Shown here one piece after another: positions 7,099 to 12,558 of a stretch of DNA of 12,558 nucleotides. Origin of the DNA: Planctomycetota bacterium (lineage in GTDB: Bacteria > Planctomycetota > B15-G4 > JADJEK01); assembly GCA_044225365.1 (NCBI GenBank), contig JBGAIQ010000092.1, forward strand, positions 1 to 12,558. The letters run 5' to 3'. Each line of letters begins with the position of its first letter. The stretch's first letter is position 1. A model generated the notes under the pieces. That model was not told where the DNA came from. It made no database searches and worked only from the letters and a program-made list of their open reading frames with translations. A program made the translations under genes and the position numbers.

Positions 7099-8257
7099 GT
7101 GCGGCCGTCGCGGCCGCGATCGGTTCGCTCTTCGGTGCGAATCCCTCGGAGCGCAGGCAGGCGAAGAGCGAGGCGAGGAGAAGCGTCGTGTTCCGCGGCG
7201 TCGCTCCCGTCCCCATCAGCCCGATGCGCCAGATTTTGCCCTTGAACGCGCCGAGCCCGCCGCCGATCTCGATCCCGAATTCACGGAGCAGTCGGCCGCG
7301 GATCTTCATGTCGTCGACGCCGTTCGGGATGCGGATCGCGAGCAGTTCGGGGAGCCGTTCGCTCGCGGGTACGAGGGGTTCGAGTCCCATCGCGTCGCAC
7401 CCCGCGAGGAACGCGTTCGCGATCTTGCGATGCCGTGCGTAACGGGTCTCGAGGCCTTCCTCGAGCACGAGACGACACGCTTCGTGCATCGCGACGAGCT
7501 GGTTGCTCGACGCCGTGTGATGGTAGCCGCGTGCACCCGCCCAGTAATCGAGCAGGAGTGAAAGGTCGAAGTAGAAGCTGTTGCACTTCGTCGTCTTCTT
7601 GGCGAGCGCGTCCCTCGCGCGCGCCGAGATCGCGAGCGGTGAGCTGCCCGGCGGGCACGACAGGCCCTTCTGCGAGCACGAGTACGCGAAGTCGATGCCG
7701 CTGGAATCGAAATCGACCGGAATGCATCCGAGAGAGGTCACGCAATCGGCGAGCAGGAAGGCGCCGCACGAGCGCGCGATGTCGGCGAGGGGCGCGAGAT
7801 CCTGTCGAACACCGGTCGACGTCTCGGCGTGCACTGCGCCGATCACCTTGAACTTCTTGCCGGCCGCCGCGGCGGCGACCGCTGCCGGATCCGTCGCGCG
7901 ACCCCACTCGCCGGCGACGACCGTGGTCTTCGCGCCGCAGCGTTTGCTGATCTCGACCATGCGGTCGCCGAAGTAGCCGTGGGTGACCACGAGCACGTCG
8001 TCGCCGGGCTCGATCGCGTTCGAGAGCGCCGCTTCCATCGCGCCCGTTCCGGTCGCCGAGATCGCGATCGCCGATCCAGTCGTTGTGCCGAATATCGTCG
8101 CGAGCATCTCGCGCAGCTCGTTCTGAACCTTGAGCAGTTCGGGATCGAGGTGTCCCATCGTCGGCTGGCCCATCGCACGCAGGACGGAGGGATGGATCTC
8201 CGACGGGCCGGGACCGAGCAGGATGCGTTGCGGGGCGACGTAGCTCTCAACGGTCAT
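7085..8257 (-). CDS. Alanine--glyoxylate / serine--pyruvate aminotransferase family protein (class V, PLP-dependent), 390 aa
   Basis: LLGPGP, ATGTGAMEAA, VHAETSTG, DCVTSLG, PLP-lysine motif SCSQKGLSCPPG, YHHT, GKIWRIGLMG. AAGGA lies 7 nt upstream of the ATG. Convergent 14-bp overlap with the beta-propeller gene. Confidence 0.95.
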   Translation of the reverse strand: MTVESYVAPQRILLGPGPSEIHPSVLRAMGQPTMGHLDPELLKVQNELREMLATIFGTTTGSAIAISATGTGAMEAALSNAIEPGDDVLVVTHGYFGDRMVEISKRCGAKTTVVAGEWGRATDPAAVAAAAAGKKFKVIGAVHAETSTGVRQDLAPLADIARSCGAFLLADCVTSLGCIPVDFDSSGIDFAYSCSQKGLSCPPGSSPLAISARARDALAKKTTKCNSFYFDLSLLLDYWAGARGYHHTASSNQLVAMHEACRLVLEEGLETRYARHRKIANAFLAGCDAMGLEPLVPASERLPELLAIRIPNGVDDMKIRGRLLREFGIEIGGGLGAFKGKIWRIGLMGTGATPRNTTLLLASLFACLRSEGFAPKSEPIAAATAALNAN

Positions 8258-8264
8258 GGTGTTT

Positions 8265-8289
8265 TCCTTCTGTGATTCATGCCAGTCTA
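8265..8289 (-). promoter_or_regulatory. RBS (AAGGA, 8269-8265) and possible -10 hexamer (TAGACT, 8289-8284) upstream of the aminotransferase
   Basis: Locally A-rich leader. TAGACT fits TANNNT, but no convincing -35 is present. Confidence 0.35.
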
Positions 8290-8300
8290 CCGGCGCCGGG

Positions 8301-10700
8301 TCACGGCCCCTTCAGCGTCGCTGCCGGGGCGGTCGCCCCGCGCGCTTCGAGGCGCAGGACGAGCGAATCGAGGAAGTCGTGGTCGTCTTCGTCGAGTGCG
8401 GATGCCGCCGCTTCCGAAGGTCGTGCGAGCGACGAGCGCGATTCGACGATCCACTTCGCGAGGAGATCGAGCGCGTCGCCGCCGGCATCGTCGCAGATCT
8501 CGCGGGCGGCGTGCCACTCGCCGGTGGCGAGGAGCGTGAGGGCGAGATGGAGCCTTGCCGAGCGCAGACGCGCGCCGTTCGGATCGATCGATCCGATCGT
8601 CTCGGTGAGAGCGACGATCTCGTTCGCCAGCGCGCTGGCGTCGGCATTGCGACCGAGCGCGAGCAATCGCACGACGCAGATCTCTTTCGCCCGCTGGACG
8701 CCGGCCGCCGTCCTACCGCTCGAGGCTTCGGTCGCACGGGCGTAGTGCTCGTACGTCTCGAGCGAGTGCTGGAGATCGCCGGCCTTGTCGTAGCCGTAGG
8801 CCAGATTCTCGAGGGTCGACGCGGTGAACGGATGCGCGAGTCCGAGCAAACCTTCGAGACCGGAGGCGGCTTCGGAGAGCAGCGCGAGGCTCTCGGCGGT
8901 CTTCTTCTCGGCCCGTCGATCGTCGGCGAGGACGAGGGCGAGTCCCTCCATCACCTGGAAGCGGAGCGTCGCGTTCGCCGCGTCGCGACTCGCGCGCTCC
9001 AGCACGCCACGGCCGAGCGTCTCCGCCGCTTCGATTTCTCCATGGGTTCGCAGATCGTCGAACAGCGAGGTCTCGGCGGCGAGCCGGATGGGATCGAACG
9101 GGTCGAGCTGCTTTGCCGCGAGGTCGCCGGCCTCGCGCAACGCTTTGCTCGCTTCTACGCCGTTCTGCGAGCGCGCGAGCGCGGTGCCGCGGGCTCGAAT
9201 GCATTCGACGGCGTGCCCGAAGTCGGCAACCGCGATGCTGTCGTCGTAGGCCGCGCGGAACAGGTCGGCCGCCTCCGCGTATCGCTCCTGTCCCATTCGC
9301 AACTGTCCGAGCCCGCGTGTGACCTCGACGATGGCGGGATCGTGCGGCGGCAGATTCAACTTCCGAAGCTCGACGGCACGCTCCAAGAGCGGGCCCGCGT
9401 GCTCGATGTCGCCGAGGACGAGATACGAAGACGCGAGAGTGGCCGCGAGTGTGGCTTCGACGAGGGGCGGGCCAAGGAAGCCCTTCTCGATCGTCGCGCG
9501 TGCCGAATCCAGCACGTCCTTCACGCGCACGTCGCGCCCGAACTTCTCGGGCTCGAGGGAGGTGAGCATCTGCTGCAGGAACGTGAGGGTCGCGGTCGCG
9601 TCGCGTGCGGCGTCCTCGGCACGCTTTCGCGCCTTCGCTTCGCTGGCCTGCGCGGCGCTCGCGGTCTCCGCGGCCGACTCCGCGCGCTTTCGCGCCAGGG
9701 CTTCCTGGCCGCGCGCGTGAAGCGCGTAGAGCAAGCCGGAGAGGAGCGACAGGAAGACGACGAGCGTCGCGAGCACGATCGTTCGGTTGCGTTCGACGAA
9801 TTTGCGCAGCCGGTAACGCGTGCCGACCGGGGCCGCGTGGATCGTTTCGCCGTTGAGGAAGAGGCCGATGTCGGCGTCGAGATCCGCGACACTCGCGTAG
9901 CGGCGCTCGCGCTCCGTTTCGATCGAGCGCGCCACGATCCAATCGAGTTCGGCCGGCAACTTCGCGTCGCGTTGAGTGGGCAGCTTCGGCGGAGTCATTC
10001 GCACGTTGTGCGCGAACTCGAAGATCGACTTCCCCGTCGGATCGAACGGCGTGTCGCCGCAGATGAGTTCGCAGAGCACGACGCCGAGCGAGTAGACGTC
10101 GGTTCGCGTGTCGACCTCGTCGGGCAGCGCGAGGAGCTGTTCGGGGCTCATGTAGCGCAGCGTTCCAAGGATCTCGCCCGTCGCCGTGAGCAGGCTCGCG
10201 CCCGTCTCGGAGAGATCCGCGGCGCGAGCGACTCCGAAGTCGATGATCTTCACCATCCCGGCGCCGTTCACGAGGATGTTGCTCGGCTTCAAGTCGCGAT
10301 GGATGACGCCGCGCTGATGCGCATGGGTCATCGCCGCGAGCGCCTGACGGAAGAGATTCAGTCGTCCGCGCAGGTTGAGTCCGTTCTCCCGCGCGTACTG
10401 AACGAGGCTGCGGCCATTCTCGACGTACTCCATCGCGAGGAACGGCACGTCGACGCCCTGGTCCCAGGTTCCCGCGGCATGGATCTGCGCGATGTTGGGA
10501 TGTGCGAGTCGCGCGAGGACCTTCGCCTCGAGTTCGAAGCGCTGGCGCTCGGTGTTCGATGCGACGGCGCGCTTCATGAGTTTCAATGCGACGGTGCGGC
10601 GCGGCGAATCCTGCTCGGCCTCGAAGACGGTGCCCATGCCGCCCGAGGCGATCTCGCGCCGCAGCACGAAGGCACCGATCCGGGTTCCTGCGCTCAGCAT
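8301..10700 (-). CDS. Hanks-type serine/threonine protein kinase with one TM helix and a C-terminal TPR-like region (799 aa)
   Basis: Start placed at ATG 10700 (MLSAGTRIGAF...); the track's extension to 10937 lies inside sthA. Motifs: IASGGMGTVF, VALK, LAHPNIAQI, HRDLKPSN, KIIDFG, GTLRYMSPEQ, DVYSLG. Basic juxtamembrane RYRLRKFVERNR, TM TIVLATLVVFLSLLSGLLYAL (~9782-9720), then TPR-like helices (LASSYLVLGDIEHAGPLLERAVE; NLAYGYDKAGDLQHSLETYE). Confidence 0.93.
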   Translation of the reverse strand: MLSAGTRIGAFVLRREIASGGMGTVFEAEQDSPRRTVALKLMKRAVASNTERQRFELEAKVLARLAHPNIAQIHAAGTWDQGVDVPFLAMEYVENGRSLVQYARENGLNLRGRLNLFRQALAAMTHAHQRGVIHRDLKPSNILVNGAGMVKIIDFGVARAADLSETGASLLTATGEILGTLRYMSPEQLLALPDEVDTRTDVYSLGVVLCELICGDTPFDPTGKSIFEFAHNVRMTPPKLPTQRDAKLPAELDWIVARSIETERERRYASVADLDADIGLFLNGETIHAAPVGTRYRLRKFVERNRTIVLATLVVFLSLLSGLLYALHARGQEALARKRAESAAETASAAQASEAKARKRAEDAARDATATLTFLQQMLTSLEPEKFGRDVRVKDVLDSARATIEKGFLGPPLVEATLAATLASSYLVLGDIEHAGPLLERAVELRKLNLPPHDPAIVEVTRGLGQLRMGQERYAEAADLFRAAYDDSIAVADFGHAVECIRARGTALARSQNGVEASKALREAGDLAAKQLDPFDPIRLAAETSLFDDLRTHGEIEAAETLGRGVLERASRDAANATLRFQVMEGLALVLADDRRAEKKTAESLALLSEAASGLEGLLGLAHPFTASTLENLAYGYDKAGDLQHSLETYEHYARATEASSGRTAAGVQRAKEICVVRLLALGRNADASALANEIVALTETIGSIDPNGARLRSARLHLALTLLATGEWHAAREICDDAGGDALDLLAKWIVESRSSLARPSEAAASALDEDDHDFLDSLVLRLEARGATAPAATLKGP

Positions 10701-12121
10701 GATGGCGTCGGCGAAGGCTGCATGTTGGCGTAGCGCAGCTTGTTCGCCGCATTGTAGGCGGCGACCTTGTAGCACTCCGCGAGCGTCGGGTAGTTGAACA
10801 CGGTCGTGAGGAAGTAGTCGAGTCCGCCGGAAAGGCCGAGCACCGCCTGACCGACATGGACGAGTTCGGTCGCGCCCGAGCCGATGCAGTGCACTCCGAG
10901 CAGCTTGCGCGTCTCGCGGTGGAAGATGAGTTTGCACATCCCGGCGTCGTCGCCGAGGATGTTCCCGCGTGCGATCTCGTTGTAGCGAGCGACGCCGATC
11001 TCGTAGGGGACCTTCTGCGCCGTGAGCTGCTCTTCCGTCGCGCCGACCATCGAGATCTCGGGGATCGAGTAGATGCCGATCGGGAAGTGCGCGACCATCG
11101 GCTCGGCGGTCGCGCCGAACATGTGACAGGCCGCGAGTCGTCCCTGCTCGGACGAGGTCGCCGCGAGCGCGGGGTATCCGATCACGTCGCCCGCGGCGTA
11201 CACGCCGTCGATCGCCGTCTTGTAGTGTTCGTCGACCGTGATGCGTCCGCGATCGTCCAACTTCAGCGCAATGGCGTCGAGTCCGAGGTCGTCGGTGCGA
11301 CCCGTGCGACCGATCGAATACAGGATGACGTCGGCGACGATGTGCTTGCCCGATTCGAGTTCGATCACGCCGTGCGGTCCATGATCCTCGACGACGCCGA
11401 CCTGCTTCACCGCTTCACAGCACCGGAAGGTCACGTCGCAGGTGCGCATTTGATGGATCAGTTCGTCGACGATCTCCGCATCGAGGAACTCGAGCGGCTT
11501 CGGCCGCTTGTCGATCAACGTCACTTTCACGCCGAGCGCGGCGAACATCGTCGCGTACTCGACGCCGATCACGCCGCCGCCGACTACGACCATCGTGCGC
11601 GGGATGTCCGGCAACAACAGCACTTGATCCGAATCGACGATCGTGCGGCCGTCGACCGGGACGCCGTTCGGACGCGCGGGGCGCGTGCCGACCGCGATCA
11701 ACGTGTTGCGCGTGCGGAGGACGCGCTCTTCGCCGCCGTCGCGGACGACGATCGTCTTGGCATCGACGAACGTGCCGACGCCGCGATGGACATCGATCCC
11801 GTTGCGCAGGAGCTGCGCCTCGACCACGCGTTGCTCATGCAGGATGACGTCGTCGACGCGCTCGATCAGCTTCTTCATGTCGACCCGCGGGCGATCGAAG
11901 CCATCGAGCCGCGAGAGCGGCGGCCGAGCCGTCAGGGTGCGCACGGCCTCGCGGAACGTCTTCGACGGAATCGTCCCGGTCTGGATGCACACTCCGCCGA
12001 CGCAGCGGCTGCGTTCGACGACGGCGGCCCGATAACCGAGCTTCGCCGCCTGGACCGCGGCCTTCTGCCCCGCGGGGCCCGAGCCGAGGCAAACGAGGTC
12101 GTAGGTGTCCGGCGTGGTCAT
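10694..12121 (-). CDS. sthA: Soluble pyridine nucleotide transhydrogenase, Si-specific NAD(P)+ transhydrogenase (475 aa)
   Basis: FAD motif GSGPAG. GGVCIQTGTIPSK has CxxxxT in place of the redox CxxxxC, typical of STH. NAD motif GGGVIG, AAGDVIGYPALA, GIYSIPEIS, C-terminal FNYPTLAECYKVAAYNAANKL. Start placed at ATG 12121 (MTTPDTYDLVCLG), just before the first Rossmann strand. Confidence 0.93.
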   Translation of the reverse strand: MTTPDTYDLVCLGSGPAGQKAAVQAAKLGYRAAVVERSRCVGGVCIQTGTIPSKTFREAVRTLTARPPLSRLDGFDRPRVDMKKLIERVDDVILHEQRVVEAQLLRNGIDVHRGVGTFVDAKTIVVRDGGEERVLRTRNTLIAVGTRPARPNGVPVDGRTIVDSDQVLLLPDIPRTMVVVGGGVIGVEYATMFAALGVKVTLIDKRPKPLEFLDAEIVDELIHQMRTCDVTFRCCEAVKQVGVVEDHGPHGVIELESGKHIVADVILYSIGRTGRTDDLGLDAIALKLDDRGRITVDEHYKTAIDGVYAAGDVIGYPALAATSSEQGRLAACHMFGATAEPMVAHFPIGIYSIPEISMVGATEEQLTAQKVPYEIGVARYNEIARGNILGDDAGMCKLIFHRETRKLLGVHCIGSGATELVHVGQAVLGLSGGLDYFLTTVFNYPTLAECYKVAAYNAANKLRYANMQPSPTPSC

Positions 12122-12129
12122 TGCCGAAC

Positions 12130-12172
12130 AGCCTAGCTGGAACGCCGGGAATGGCCATTGGCGATTGGCCAT
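12130..12172 (-). promoter_or_regulatory. Putative sigma70-type promoter for a leaderless sthA transcript, overlapped by a 22-bp dyad
   Basis: Minus strand reads TGGCCA-N16-TAGGCT-N8-ATG with no SD sequence. Inverted repeat ATGGCCA-N8-TGGCCAT at 12151-12172. Confidence 0.4.
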
Positions 12173-12211
12173 CGGCGCTTCCGACGCGGACGTTCGAGGA
12201 GCGCGGTCGGG

Positions 12212-12558
12212 TTACGGGGCGAGGGCGATGGTGGCGGCGTGGGTCGCGTAGGTGATCGCGCCGGCGCCGTTGTAGGTGATGCCGGCGAATGTCAGGCCGA
12301 GGCCGGCGGCGGCGGGCGGCAGGAGCTGCGGAGGCAGGTTGAAGGTGGCGACGGTGTTGCCTTCGGCGTCGAGCTGGCCTTGGAAGTGATCGAGGAGCGG
12401 CGTGTTGAGGAAGCCGAGCGCGAGCGTCGTCACGGGATCGAGCACGAGCGGCAGGTGGATCGGCCCGCCGGGAGACGGGATGTCGAGACCTGGACTCGAG
12501 CCGGAAGCGGAGACGAGGATCGCGTAGTTGGAGTTCGCGGAGAGTTTGCCGCATTCCA
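12212..12558 (-). CDS. 3' end (last ~114 codons) of a gene starting beyond the window; C-terminal module of a probably exported protein
   Basis: The frame is open from the window edge to TAA at 12212: ...ECGKLSANSNYAILVSASGSSPGLDIPSPGGPIHLPLVLDPVTTLALGFLNTPLLDHFQGQLDAEGNTVATFNLPPQLLPPAAAGLGLTFAGITYNGAGAITYATHAATIALAP*. Third codon positions are strongly G/C. The track's 77-aa ORF is its tail. Confidence 0.8.
   Translation of the reverse strand, partial: ECGKLSANSNYAILVSASGSSPGLDIPSPGGPIHLPLVLDPVTTLALGFLNTPLLDHFQGQLDAEGNTVATFNLPPQLLPPAAAGLGLTFAGITYNGAGAITYATHAATIALAP

Noticed and set aside
8256-10733. 825-aa plus-strand ORF
   Set aside because: Antisense shadow of the Ser/Thr kinase. It is Arg-rich with no family motifs, as expected from high-GC codon bias.
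10701-10937. N-terminal extension of the kinase to 10937, and similar extensions of sthA to 12172 and the 2-TM protein to 5246
   Set aside because: The extensions overlap another gene or intergenic signals and look non-protein-like. The downstream ATGs fit the domain starts.
11960-12010. Missing second Cys of the redox disulfide (CIQTGT) as a sign of an inactive lipoamide dehydrogenase
   Set aside because: CxxxxT is the normal signature of soluble transhydrogenases.
12212-12400. Shift to GCC/ACC codons in the last gene, suggesting foreign origin
   Set aside because: Too few codons to separate from expression-level bias or chance, and there are no mobility signatures nearby.
3303-12554. Other long ORFs: 3303-4991 +, 5159-6139 -, 6076-7068 -, 8713-10857 -, 10856-12136 +, 11835-12554 -
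   Set aside because: Shadow frames of the real genes, with Arg/Pro-rich low-information translations and no motifs.

Overview
High-GC window with eight protein-coding genes; no RNA gene, mobile element or CRISPR array was seen. The gene types suggest a Planctomycetota-like bacterium (inference). Left to right: (1) a ~1185-aa minus-strand gene missing from the supplied ORF track, encoding an ECF sigma-70 factor fused to a transmembrane helix and about 9 carboxypeptidase-regulatory/Cna-B-like beta-sandwich repeats; (2) directly upstream and co-oriented, a Tat-signal helical protein with an internal duplication and four repeat-positioned His motifs; (3-4) a divergent ATGA-coupled pair, an uncharacterised 2-TM protein and a YncE/YVTN-like beta-propeller; (5-7) a minus-strand run of sthA (soluble transhydrogenase) overlapping a membrane Hanks-type Ser/Thr kinase with a TPR-like tail, followed by a class-V alanine-glyoxylate/serine-pyruvate aminotransferase; (8) the 3' end of a gene entering from the right edge. 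The best candidate for an undescribed system is the membrane-tethered sigma factor together with the Tat-exported 4-His protein. Most other long ORFs in the track are antisense or off-frame shadows.
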